DNA of 64,000 bases from the NCBI GenBank assembly GCA_044892525.1, contig CM097887.1, positions 55,614,001 through 55,678,000 of the forward strand, read 5' to 3'. A model generated the notes under the pieces. It did not search any database. It worked only from the letters and a program-made list of their open reading frames with translations, and was not told where the DNA came from. The first letter of the stretch is position 1. Each line of letters starts with the position of its first letter. Positions 11,826-22,051 of this stretch are shown piece after piece. Position numbers and translations under genes: made by a program. The DNA is from Schmidtea polychroa. Taxonomy: Eukaryota.

Positions 11826-14800
11826 GTGACTAAGCTCACAGCAAAGAGAGCACAAAAGCCAGTAGCAGTAATGGATCAAGATAGCGTATTCTTGATTACT
11901 CAAATGGAAATAGAGAGTTTGGAAGAAACTCAACAATTAACCCACCGACTAGGGTTGGAATTGCAGAAATCTCCACGAGATGGAGAAACTATAAAGGAAA
12001 TACTGGACTGGATGTTAGTATTACGAATACCAGTAGATTTGTTGGAAGCAATAATTCCACTTATACTACCAGTGGTAAAGGAAACAAGCCCATTCCAGAC
12101 GCAAATCGAAGCGCTGATGAGGAAAAATGGGAAAGCTATCCGAAGTCAGCCTGATAGACAAGGCAACATTAATCTAGACGTGCGAATGATGGGAAAAGAA
12201 CCATTAACAATGATTTATAATTGTTATATCAAGGTCAAAATATTGAGGAGAGATGTGATTGCCACCGATCAAACTACAGGTATATTTCTGATAATGGTCC
12301 ATGGTAGGCAAGTTGATGATGATGAGTATCTAGTGGATGTGGGTTGTCTACCGTTGGCAACAACCACGGTAATGATCATCCCAGTAACTCCACCGGAGTC
12401 CCAGTGGTCACTAATGAGACTTCCAGATATAGCAAACGAAATTGTGGAAGAGATTGAGGAAATAAGGCTAGAGGAAATTAATCCCTGTCAAATGGTGGAC
12501 ATTGACGAGGAAGATTACTTCTCAGAGTACGTCAGATTAAATCCAGGAGAAACAAACGTAGGAGCTACTACGTCACAAGCTATAACAAATCCGGAGACTG
12601 AAAAACCTCCGGAGAAAGTGAAAAAAGATGGACGAGGACGTCCTAGAAAGGATCAAATGAAACCTCCACCCAAGGAGCAGTTAAATCCGGAAACGATTCG
12701 GAAAATTCAGTTAAAAACATTAGCAGGGATAGCTCAAGAAATGGACGACCAGGCGGGAGATGAGACAACGTCAGAAAGGTCGTTATTGTGGCAACGTATA
12801 CAACAAATGATCGGGATTATCAGGCCCGAATGGAGAATTTCAAAAACCAAGGGGATCGAAGTTAAGAAGATAACAAAAGAAGTCAAAAAGTCAATGGATA
12901 GGATATCCAAAGATGTATCAACAGGAGATATTCAGGATACCATAGAAGCATTCGTACAGCAAGGATTAACAAGAGGGAAAGTGTTAACATCACTATCATT
13001 GTTAATTCAAAATGCCTTAGCCCGAGTATGGGATGATAAAAAGCTTATAGAACGAGAAATCGATCAAATAGTCGAAATGGTAGATTATTACCTGGAGGTA
13101 TGGATGACCGTAAACAAATTTTGGGAAAAGGAAATTATTCCAAAACCACGATATGAAGTCGTGGAAGAAGCCATAAATAATGGTAGTTCAGGCACAGGAA
13201 ACATGACAAGCATGATCCTGATGTTCCTAGTAATGATGGGCATATTAAAACAAACAAATTCATTAACAGTATTTGACTGTGGAAATCCCAAATTATCTCG
13301 GGTATATTCGCTAGTAGATGCAATTGAGTGCAAAGAGGCGTATCCCGAGAAGGTCCAGCAAGGGGAAAAGGTAGAATATTATGTCTACCAAGAGAGTGAA
13401 TTCTATAGAACTACGATAAAGGAATGTAGAGTTCAGAGAGCTACATTCGAATATTATTGCGGTAGTAATAGCTATTCTGCTTTTCTATCCGCGACATTAA
13501 TACCAAGGCCGGTAAACATAATGCCCGAAGATTGCTTAGATGCATTTCGAAAAGGAAGTGTGAGGATAGACAACGAGGTATCAATCTCAGCAGAAATCGG
13601 GAAAACATTGGGAATAACAATCACTAGAGGAGGAACCATTGCCTCAGATGGAACATGCGAAGGTAGAAAGAAAATTCGCGGTAGCAATTTAGTTTCCTAT
13701 GTGGTAGACATAGAAGATTACTCAGTGGAGCTACGAGAATACGAGGGAACATTCGATGTGGCCACAGGAAAATTGATGGCACATCCGCAATGCAATGCCA
13801 AGTTCGGTAGTTGTAAAACGGGAACCACTACATTAATTTACGAACAAATGAGAGATCATTGTGAGTTGGCTTTTCTCAAGAAAATTCCTTTAGGAAAACT
13901 AAATGGAACTAAATATCGGGATTCCCGGAATCCACAAAAGGTTTGGGATAAAGCAAAAACGTTGAAGAAAATCAACAAACAAGAGAAGGAAGATATTGGA
14001 GAGGAAAACACACCTCTAGTATTGATATCGGAAGATAAGACGGAAGCAATTCGATTTGTCCGAAAAGATAAAAAGACTAAATGTGGGAAAAGAGTATACG
14101 AGACGAACTACAAAGGAATTTTTCTGTCAAGAGAATATATTCGAAATTCCAAGGTCCTCCATGTAAAGGATATCAAAATCACGAATTATATAAATAATAA
14201 AGTAGATTATTTATATCATGACTTGCAAGGACAAATGCAAGATATGTATCAAGAGGTGATACTAAACGATTGCAAGCTAAATCGTGAAATAGTTCGAAAT
14301 AGATTAGCAATATCTATCGTTAACCCAGAGTTGGTTACTCCAATGTTATTGGAAGATGGAATGTTTGGTAGAATCATGGGAGAAGCTATATATAGCTATG
14401 AGTGTAAACCAGTGGAAGTACAATTAGCCAGGTTTAATCAATGCACTTTAGAACTGCCAGTGTCTTACCAAGGAAAATTGAGATTTGTTATGCCAGTAAC
14501 CAGAAAGTTACTTGAGGAAAACGCTAAACCCCAACCAGCTATATGCAACCCGGCAATATCACCATTATACAAAATAAATGACATGTGGATATCTCTTCCG
14601 GAAAGAAAACCATCTACACGACAAGTAGAGACCTTGGAGGTAACTAAGTTAAAAGATAATATGGAATTCAAGTCATTAGACGAATTAGCAAAAGGAGGGA
14701 TTTATACTCCCGACGATATCGAGGAAGCAAGAAGGACATTGCTATTCCCACAAATCAGAGACAGAGGTATCACGGAAATTATAAGAACAATTTATCATGA

Positions 14801-16460
14801 TAGCTTAATCAGACCAGACTACAATTTATTATTTGGACCGGAACACTATAAAGAAGCAGCAAAGAACGTGATGATGAAAATATGGGGACGATTCACCAAT
14901 TTTGGTATTTTCGTCGCGGGATGTTCAGGAATTTACGCAATATTTGTAATTTTAAAGCTGATAATTACACAACTGATGTCAACATATAGCATATTCAAAA
15001 TTGGAGGATGGTCATGGAAACTGCTATTAGGACTATGTCCTATGTGTGCAGAGTTTGCATTATTCAAACATCACAGAAAGGAAATTAAAGAAATTAGACA
15101 GAAACATTTGGTCAAGCATGAAGTAATTGGAACAGAAATGGAGGAGTATTCTAGTTATCGGGACGATAACAATTCAAAGGGAGGAGGTAATGGAGGCTCT
15201 CGTGAAACATCTTCAAGATCAAATCAATCACGAAAACAGAACTACAACAAAAAACCGAATCAGCAACAAAGAAAATCGAGATTTAAGGAATATCTTCCTC
15301 CATATGACCAATCAAAGGAAATCTACGGGAGAAAACAATCCTCAGAAGGAGAATATGACAGTTCCGACCAAAAATTCGACATAAGGTCACCCAGATTTAA
15401 GAAAAGTCCAAGATATGTACAATTGCCAACTTTGAGGAGTTTACCATCCGCACCAAACGAAGGGCGGGAACATTCAAGGGAAACAACACTCAGAACAGGA
15501 CGACACCAATGGAAAATCGGTGAAGATACCATATTTAATAATCTGACATGTTCAACATTGCCAGAATTACCTAAAGTGCATTATCCAAAGGAAGCGTTAG
15601 AATCAATTAAAGCTAAATTTAAAGAGTATAATCCTCAACTGAGTGATCCTGAATTACTGGAAGCAGAACAAACGAGAGCAAATACAATCGGTATCTCGCA
15701 TGATACTATCTTGATGGTCAATAACCCAGTGAACTTGGATAAAAAGCCAATGATAAAAATAAGAGTGAACCGACATACAGTTAATGCGGTGATAGACTCA
15801 GGAGCAGACGGTACCATAATAGAAGCTAAATTGTTAAACCATCATGAACTGCAGTCGCTAAAACCGGCAGGAGTAAAATTAACAGGAGCAAACGGATCAT
15901 CATTAAACGTAATAGGGTCATTATCCTGCCAGATTAAGCTATGTGACCAGGAGCTCCATCACGACATCATAGTGATGAGAAGTCTCCCAGCCGAATGTCT
16001 ATTGGGTATGGACGTTCTAAAAAGACTACGAGGAGTAGTATTCGATTGTGCATCTGGATTGTTAATCCGAGCACGAGGTAAAAAGAGAAAAATTTACAAC
16101 GATGATACAGCTTATATAGATCATACAACTATCATACCACCCAGAGCAGAAACAGTATGCTTTGTAGCTACAAGCAATAATTGGGAAGGGGAAGTTGTAT
16201 TTGAACCAGACGAAAGATTTTCGGAGAAATACAATATACCAGTTACGCATAGCGTTGGTTTAATAGTCAATGGCAGAATACCAATCAGGGTAGCCAATCT
16301 GGACATTAAACCACTGTACTTATATCCAGATACCAGAGTGGGCAGAATCTGGAAACAAAACGAACCACAAGCCACGAGAGAAGGGTCGATACTCACCGTA
16401 AAGGCAGAAGAAAGAGATCCAGACATTGAGTACTATGATGCTCCTACAGCAAATATTTGA
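11826..16460 (+). CDS. 1544-aa ORF: Gag-linker + chuvirus-like glycoprotein + aspartic protease
   Basis: The frame is open upstream to ~11541 apart from TAA 11778. It contains an AT-hook-like GRGRPRK, an internal signal peptide, a Cys-patterned ectodomain, a TM region, then VIDSGADG protease. Confidence 0.9.
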   Translation: MTKLTAKRAQKPVAVMDQDSVFLITQMEIESLEETQQLTHRLGLELQKSPRDGETIKEILDWMLVLRIPVDLLEAIIPLILPVVKETSPFQTQIEALMRKNGKAIRSQPDRQGNINLDVRMMGKEPLTMIYNCYIKVKILRRDVIATDQTTGIFLIMVHGRQVDDDEYLVDVGCLPLATTTVMIIPVTPPESQWSLMRLPDIANEIVEEIEEIRLEEINPCQMVDIDEEDYFSEYVRLNPGETNVGATTSQAITNPETEKPPEKVKKDGRGRPRKDQMKPPPKEQLNPETIRKIQLKTLAGIAQEMDDQAGDETTSERSLLWQRIQQMIGIIRPEWRISKTKGIEVKKITKEVKKSMDRISKDVSTGDIQDTIEAFVQQGLTRGKVLTSLSLLIQNALARVWDDKKLIEREIDQIVEMVDYYLEVWMTVNKFWEKEIIPKPRYEVVEEAINNGSSGTGNMTSMILMFLVMMGILKQTNSLTVFDCGNPKLSRVYSLVDAIECKEAYPEKVQQGEKVEYYVYQESEFYRTTIKECRVQRATFEYYCGSNSYSAFLSATLIPRPVNIMPEDCLDAFRKGSVRIDNEVSISAEIGKTLGITITRGGTIASDGTCEGRKKIRGSNLVSYVVDIEDYSVELREYEGTFDVATGKLMAHPQCNAKFGSCKTGTTTLIYEQMRDHCELAFLKKIPLGKLNGTKYRDSRNPQKVWDKAKTLKKINKQEKEDIGEENTPLVLISEDKTEAIRFVRKDKKTKCGKRVYETNYKGIFLSREYIRNSKVLHVKDIKITNYINNKVDYLYHDLQGQMQDMYQEVILNDCKLNREIVRNRLAISIVNPELVTPMLLEDGMFGRIMGEAIYSYECKPVEVQLARFNQCTLELPVSYQGKLRFVMPVTRKLLEENAKPQPAICNPAISPLYKINDMWISLPERKPSTRQVETLEVTKLKDNMEFKSLDELAKGGIYTPDDIEEARRTLLFPQIRDRGITEIIRTIYHDSLIRPDYNLLFGPEHYKEAAKNVMMKIWGRFTNFGIFVAGCSGIYAIFVILKLIITQLMSTYSIFKIGGWSWKLLLGLCPMCAEFALFKHHRKEIKEIRQKHLVKHEVIGTEMEEYSSYRDDNNSKGGGNGGSRETSSRSNQSRKQNYNKKPNQQQRKSRFKEYLPPYDQSKEIYGRKQSSEGEYDSSDQKFDIRSPRFKKSPRYVQLPTLRSLPSAPNEGREHSRETTLRTGRHQWKIGEDTIFNNLTCSTLPELPKVHYPKEALESIKAKFKEYNPQLSDPELLEAEQTRANTIGISHDTILMVNNPVNLDKKPMIKIRVNRHTVNAVIDSGADGTIIEAKLLNHHELQSLKPAGVKLTGANGSSLNVIGSLSCQIKLCDQELHHDIIVMRSLPAECLLGMDVLKRLRGVVFDCASGLLIRARGKKRKIYNDDTAYIDHTTIIPPRAETVCFVATSNNWEGEVVFEPDERFSEKYNIPVTHSVGLIVNGRIPIRVANLDIKPLYLYPDTRVGRIWKQNEPQATREGSILTVKAEERDPDIEYYDAPTANI
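13203..15065 (+). CDS. env: Envelope-like glycoprotein domain, chuvirus-G / class III fusion protein-like (within the 1544-aa ORF)
   Basis: Signal-like MTSMILMFLVMMGILKQTNS. Motifs FDCG..SL...EC, C......YYCG, G...DGTCEG, YINNKVDYL...Y..V....C.L, G...GEAIY...C.PVEV......C..ELPV, GGIYT.DD...., and C-terminal hydrophobic WGRFTNFGIFVAGCSGIYAIFVILKLII...GWSWKLLLG follow the chuvirus-type glycoprotein pattern as I recall it. Confidence 0.8.
15735..16060 (+). CDS. Retropepsin-like aspartic protease domain
   Basis: PMIKIRVNRHTVNAVIDSGADGTII (Asp codon 15795), flap GANG, and CLLGMDVL motif. Confidence 0.92.
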
Positions 16461-19400
16461 AGTGCTAACCAGAAAGGAAAACATTCAAGTAAATATGCTG
16501 TTGAGGAAATATGACCAGGTATTCGCGAAACATGAATACGATCTGGGAAAAACAAACCTGTTAGAACATGAGATTGTTCTCACCAATACAAAACCTATAA
16601 AGTTGAGACCATACCGTATTCCATTCAGTCTGGAGGAATCAGTAGATAAACAGGTGAAATTGATGTTAAAACATGGCATAATCAGACATAGTAAATCACC
16701 ATATCAGTCACCAATGATAGTGGTGGCCAAGAAGGATGGATCAGTACGATTATGTAACGACTATCGCATGGTTAACGAAGCAACATGCAAAGATAGCCAT
16801 CCATTGCCATTGTTAGATTATATCTATGGACGCATGAGGAATGCTAGGTTCTTCTCAGTAATGGACGCTCAAAAGGGATTTTATCAAATTAAGCTAAAAG
16901 ATGAGACTATACCAATAACAGCATTTTCTACGAGTATGGGCCATTACGAATATAACGTAATGCCATTTGGACTCACCGGAGCTCCAGCCACATTTCAAAG
17001 AGCAATGAATTTGATGCTCATGGATGTACATCATGCGATGGTATACATTGACGACATCATAGTATTCTCGCCAAATTTGGAAAAACACTTGGAACATTTG
17101 GAAGATGTGTTCAAGAGGTTGATCAATGCCAACATGAAAGTGAAACCAACCAAATGTAAATGGGCCGAACCAGAAGTGGTATATGTTGGCCATATTATAT
17201 CACGAGACGGGGTTAAACCCGATCCAGCTAATGTCGAAAAGGTAAAGAATTTCCCGGAGCCTAAAACCGTTAAACATATCAAAGGGTTTTTAGGTCTAGT
17301 TGGATACTACAGAAAATTCATTAGAAACTTTTCGGTTATAGCTTTCCCACTCACGCAGTTAGAAGGCAAAAATGTCAAATTTGTGTGGGGAACAGAACAG
17401 CAAGAAGCATTTGATATGCTCAAGGAAAGACTCATCAAGCCACCTATATTGCGATTCCCAGACTTTGAGAGACAATTTTTGGTTATGACAGATGCCAGCA
17501 CTCGGGGCATAGGTGCTGTGTTAGGTCAAAGAGATGACCTAGGGGACGAGTATGCAATTGCATACGCTAGCAGAGGGTTAAAACCACACGAGAAAAACTA
17601 CGCAATGATAGAACTAGAGGCTTTAGCAATTGTGTATGCTATAACCCAGTTTAGGACTTATCTATGGGGTTGAAAGATCATAGTGTATACCGATCATAGA
17701 CCATTACAGTGGCTGACGAAACACACAATGGATACATCAAAACTGGTCAGATGGGCATTAATTTTACAGCCATATGACATAGAAATCCATTATAGAAAAG
17801 GAGATCATAATGGAAATGCAGACGCTTTATCGAGAATGGACCAGGAGGAGGAAGCAGAAGATGTGAAGGAAGGACGTCTCGAAGGGACTATCTTCACACT
17901 GACTCGAGAAGCCAACCGGCTAGTTGATTTAATGGAGGCACAAAAAGCTGATGAAGAAATCAATGCCATTCGACAAGCCTTAGAAGCGAAATACGTGCCC
18001 ACAGAATTCACGAAATACTGGGAAAAGAATAAAGATAAATTTGTGCTGGAAGAGGGATTAGTTAAATATTCAGATATACGAGATAACATTATAATGGTTC
18101 CTAAGAAATACCGTGAAGCACTCATGTTGCAGTATCACGATGGAGCCTTAGGAGGCCACCTGTCATCTAGAAAAACATTGTCGAGGTTAAAACAAAAATA
18201 TTTTTGGCCCGGTATGAAACAAGATGTTAAAACCTGGTGTCAGACATGTAAGATCTGTATCACCAGAAGAAATACCGGAAAGAAACCACACGTACCGATG
18301 AAGCCGATGCCAGTACCATCTACACCTATGGAAATGACGGCAATGGACGTGTTGGGGCCATTCAAAGAATCTAATAGCGGAAACAAGTACATATTAGTTT
18401 TCTGCGATTACTTGACTAAGTGGCCAGAAGCCTACCCGATGCCTAATCACAAAGCTGATACAATAGCTAGAATTTTCGTTGAACAAATTGTCTTTAGGTA
18501 TGGAGTACCTACGAAGCTATTAACAGATCGAGGAGCTGATTTCATGAGTAATTTGCTCAAAGGAATAAATGATTATTTCGGAGTTCTAAAGTTGAACACT
18601 TCCCCATATCACCCACAGACGGATGGCCTAGTAGAGCGATTTAATGGAACATTAGCTAATATGTTAGCATCATATGTAAATTCAGGGCAAACGGATTAGG
18701 ACATCCACATTCCATCCTGTTTATTTGCATACAGGAATGCAGTACACGAGGGAACAGGTGAAACGCCATTTTACCTAATGTACCTAAGGCAAAGTAAAAT
18801 GCCAGTAGATCTGTTGTTTTTCCCTAAAGCAACAAAGTATTTAGATCAGGAAGATTATCTAATGGAAATGAGGGAAAGAATGCAGGAAGCATGGACTAGA
18901 GCAGGTCTCAGTATAAAATACAATCAGGAGGCATCCAAAGATTATCATGACCGAAAAGCCAAGGATCATGGCATATTGGTTGGAGACCAGGTGATGTTGG
19001 AAAGTCATTATAACAAGAAAGGCTTATCACCAAAACTCATGCGAAATTTCAAAGGGCCATACGAGGTATTGAGAACCACAGACACAAATCTCATATTACA
19101 ACTTGTAGCCAACAGAAAAGCAGAACCAATAATGGTACATGCTAATCGGTGTAAAAAGTGCGAAATCTCAACAAAGGGAACCTCGGGAAATTCAAAAGTA
19201 AAAGCACCAGAGAAACAAGTGAAACTAAACACTACCGAAGAACCACAAGAGCACCGATACCCATTGAGATCACGGGGTGTTCCAAAATCGGTAACCTTTT
19301 TGTTGATAATAAGCGGTATGATGACTTTAGCAATGGCAAAAAGGGATAGAAAGGCATATTTTCAGCCTATGGCTATGCAAGTGGAACACTTACATTTTAT

Positions 19401-20220
19401 AAGAACGTATCACGGAATTAGCATACTCACAACATGCGATAATGCCACAAAATTCAATTTACATTTCTACAACAGGTACTTGCGGATCCGTCAACTCGAT
19501 TCAGAAGAAAAAGAGTGGGATTTATATGATTTAAAAGCAGAGACGGATTATAAACTGCATATTGCAGCGTCACGGTTATATCGGAATGGTTGGTATACCT
19601 ATCACGTATCAAATTGGATCCTACGGACGGCAGATTTCACAAATCGCATATCGATTTCCTACGAAAGGGATAAAGTAAAGTTTAGCCAGCAAATTAACAG
19701 GGAGGAGAAAGTGAAAATCAGCATTCGAGACGGATCAATCACGAGAGGAACATTATGGTTAGACCAGAACTCTCCCTCCCAGGAAATGTATCTAAATCAG
19801 TCAGTAGAATATTCGGTTTTAGTTATATACTATAGTCCGAGGAAACGGGAAGACGATAGGTGTTTCGAGGTATTTGAAGAGATTCTACCTCTGAAACAGC
19901 CTGTTATAACGAAAATACCACCAAAAGTAGTCAGAGAGAACATGGTGATACATCCCGAAATGTGGCAACATCTTAGACAATTGTCACCTATCAAACAAAT
20001 ATCTTGTCAAACGCCCCCAAACCTGACAAACTGTTGTGATTGTAATGCCATCACAAACTTTAATGCAGGATATATCCTGAAAATACCCGTAGGGGTATGG
20101 GTTACGGTATCGGCCGTACTATCGCTAGTAACTACACTGATAGCTATGGGTATTTGGACCAAGCTATATTTTAGACAAGCCATAAGAGCTTACGATGGAG
20201 TACTGATGTCGCAATTATGA
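16426..20220 (+). pseudogene. pol: pol RT-RNase H-integrase plus C-terminal membrane protein; one frame, interrupted by TGA 17671 and TAG 18697
   Basis: RT: RLCNDYR, MPFGL.GAP.TFQR, YIDD at 17044. RNase H: VMTDAS, ELEALAIV, YTDH. IN: H-X-GH...CQTC, MDVLGP, LLTDRG, GLVERFN, FKGPY. ORFs 16426, 17683 and 18778 share a frame. Confidence 0.95.
19291..20220 (+). CDS. Type-I membrane protein fused in frame to the integrase C-terminus (possible FN3-like ectodomain)
   Basis: Hydrophobic signal-like VTFLLIISGMMTLAMA; FN3-like LYDLKAETDYKLHIAA; Cys cluster NCCDC; TM IPVGVWVTVSAVLSLVTTLIAMGIW; short tail. Confidence 0.65.
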   Translation, partial: VTFLLIISGMMTLAMAKRDRKAYFQPMAMQVEHLHFIRTYHGISILTTCDNATKFNLHFYNRYLRIRQLDSEEKEWDLYDLKAETDYKLHIAASRLYRNGWYTYHVSNWILRTADFTNRISISYERDKVKFSQQINREEKVKISIRDGSITRGTLWLDQNSPSQEMYLNQSVEYSVLVIYYSPRKREDDRCFEVFEEILPLKQPVITKIPPKVVRENMVIHPEMWQHLRQLSPIKQISCQTPPNLTNCCDCNAITNFNAGYILKIPVGVWVTVSAVLSLVTTLIAMGIWTKLYFRQAIRAYDGVLMSQL

Positions 20221-20346
20221 CAATTACAGACTCCCCCGAGGGAAAAATCATATATAAATATTTATATATATATTAAAATCTATATTTACGTAGAGCTCCA
20301 GGTAGCATTAAAATTCAGCATATGTAGATCTTTTATAATAAGACTC

Positions 20347-22035
20347 ATGCATATCTTTTTAGCCTATTATGGCATATCAGTATATCTGATATTATGGTTA
20401 ATGATTTTTATTTCAGGAATGCAGAGCCATCCAATATCTCAATACCAAGGAAGACATAGCATTATACGTGCTACGACCTTGCTAAAGGAAAAACTTATTT
20501 ACAAAAACCTGGAGAAGCAGGTTATGGAGCAAGGTAGAAAAGGCCAAAGGCACTGGTTTTACGGTCATTGTTCAGGCATACCCAATAATTTCAAATTTGA
20601 CGAGGCTCCAAAGCGTCAAATGATTATCTCCAGAATCCCGGGTAAGCATAACGGTAGTATTAGGCTTACCGAGGTCATGCCTGAGTTTGGTAGACATAGT
20701 CTGACCAACCACCTGTGGATACACGCCATTAACAAACCAATTACGGTTTATGTTCCTGGCGCCACAAACCCTATTTTGCTACAAAAGCACACTACCCTCG
20801 AAATAGAAAACGGGGACGGAAGGGAAAAGAACATCTCACTGTTATGTGAAGGTATAGATACCATCATAGCAATGGAAATCCTGGAACCTCACAGAGAAGC
20901 ACAAACAAGATGGGTTAATGACCCAAACTGGACATATAATGTCAACGATAACGACATTAAAACATTTAAGTCCTTTGTTAGACAGCGTTTGGACCCTAGA
21001 CAAGATGACAACCTCACCATTTTCGTAGCAGCTCACTATGCTACACTACGACAATTCCTGAAACCGGCAATCGTGGCCATTTCAATCTTACATTTCAATG
21101 GCGATTTGATACTCAACACGAGAGTCACCCCCAGAGCACAGGTCAAACATTACCAATCGCATGCGCATGGTATGACCGAGAAAGAAATAATAGGACAGTT
21201 CGACGGAGAAGACTGTGCCGAACGAATCAGGAAAATCTGCGATGGGAAAATCATCGTGGGATTGCTAGTTAAGGACCTACTAGAAGTTATTAGATTCCCA
21301 ATGCAGCGCGCTCTCGGAATCCGTGAGTTAGGCGCAGCTAAATGTCTCGAAAGTAGGGACCTAAAGAAATGCAACTGGTATTACCGTTTGGCATATTTGG
21401 CAAAGGCAGTCACCGGTAAAGAAGCACATCACTTCTCGGATCTTCAAACGGAGAGTGATGTAACTACCATCAAGGAGATTTACGATAATCTACGGGACAT
21501 CTGGGTCGACGACATTTCACCGGACACCCGGAAAGAGGTGGTGTCTTCACAAATCAAGCAGATGGAACCCGGTACCTCAAGCAGGCAGAAACCACTAGCT
21601 ATGGAGAGCTATGTGAAAGAAGATATCCCCAGGACGAAGTTGTTGAAAATAGTGGAAGAAGATTCCTTGTCGCCGCCAGCCATTTCAATCGCTGATGAAG
21701 ACGACTATGCCACTTGTGAGAGTGCAGACGATAACTGCCTCCAAGTCACCCTTACCAATGACGGTAGAGTGGTGAATTCGGCTAAAATGGAAGTAGAAAA
21801 ACCCCAGCCAGCAGAAAAGTTAGTTGAACGGGTCACCAAGATCCTGAAAGCATTGGCCCCGTTGGGTGAACCCAAACAAGGAGCTGAAGGGGGAACATTA
21901 CCCCAAGCGGTGGCACCATTACTCAAGCTACAAGACTTGAAGTTTAAAAAGAGACCAACGGAGAAACCCCCCCCAGAAAGAGGACAAGGAGAAAAATGTT
22001 CCTACCTCTACAAAGAGGAAAACGGAGATTCCTAA
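20347..22035 (+). CDS. Accessory ORF3 containing a degenerate REX4/ISG20-like DEDDh exonuclease domain (~21015-21490); probable true start ATG 20419
   Basis: AISILHFNGDLILNTRVTPRAQVKHYQSHAHGMTEKEIIG...RIRKICDGKIIVG aligns by eye with REX4-like RVSIVN..G.VLYD..V.P...V.DYRT..SGI....L.......V..IL.G.ILVG. The catalytic DxE is absent. Confidence 0.7.
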   Translation: MHIFLAYYGISVYLILWLMIFISGMQSHPISQYQGRHSIIRATTLLKEKLIYKNLEKQVMEQGRKGQRHWFYGHCSGIPNNFKFDEAPKRQMIISRIPGKHNGSIRLTEVMPEFGRHSLTNHLWIHAINKPITVYVPGATNPILLQKHTTLEIENGDGREKNISLLCEGIDTIIAMEILEPHREAQTRWVNDPNWTYNVNDNDIKTFKSFVRQRLDPRQDDNLTIFVAAHYATLRQFLKPAIVAISILHFNGDLILNTRVTPRAQVKHYQSHAHGMTEKEIIGQFDGEDCAERIRKICDGKIIVGLLVKDLLEVIRFPMQRALGIRELGAAKCLESRDLKKCNWYYRLAYLAKAVTGKEAHHFSDLQTESDVTTIKEIYDNLRDIWVDDISPDTRKEVVSSQIKQMEPGTSSRQKPLAMESYVKEDIPRTKLLKIVEEDSLSPPAISIADEDDYATCESADDNCLQVTLTNDGRVVNSAKMEVEKPQPAEKLVERVTKILKALAPLGEPKQGAEGGTLPQAVAPLLKLQDLKFKKRPTEKPPPERGQGEKCSYLYKEENGDS

Positions 22036-22051
22036 GAGCACGAAAAAGAAG

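Noticed and set aside
11541-16460. Programmed ribosomal frameshifts at gag/ORF2 and PR/RT
   Set aside because: Both are +1 with no recognisable slippery heptamer and are repaired by one homopolymer base; the related gag is continuous. Mutation or assembly error is more parsimonious, though recoding is not excluded.
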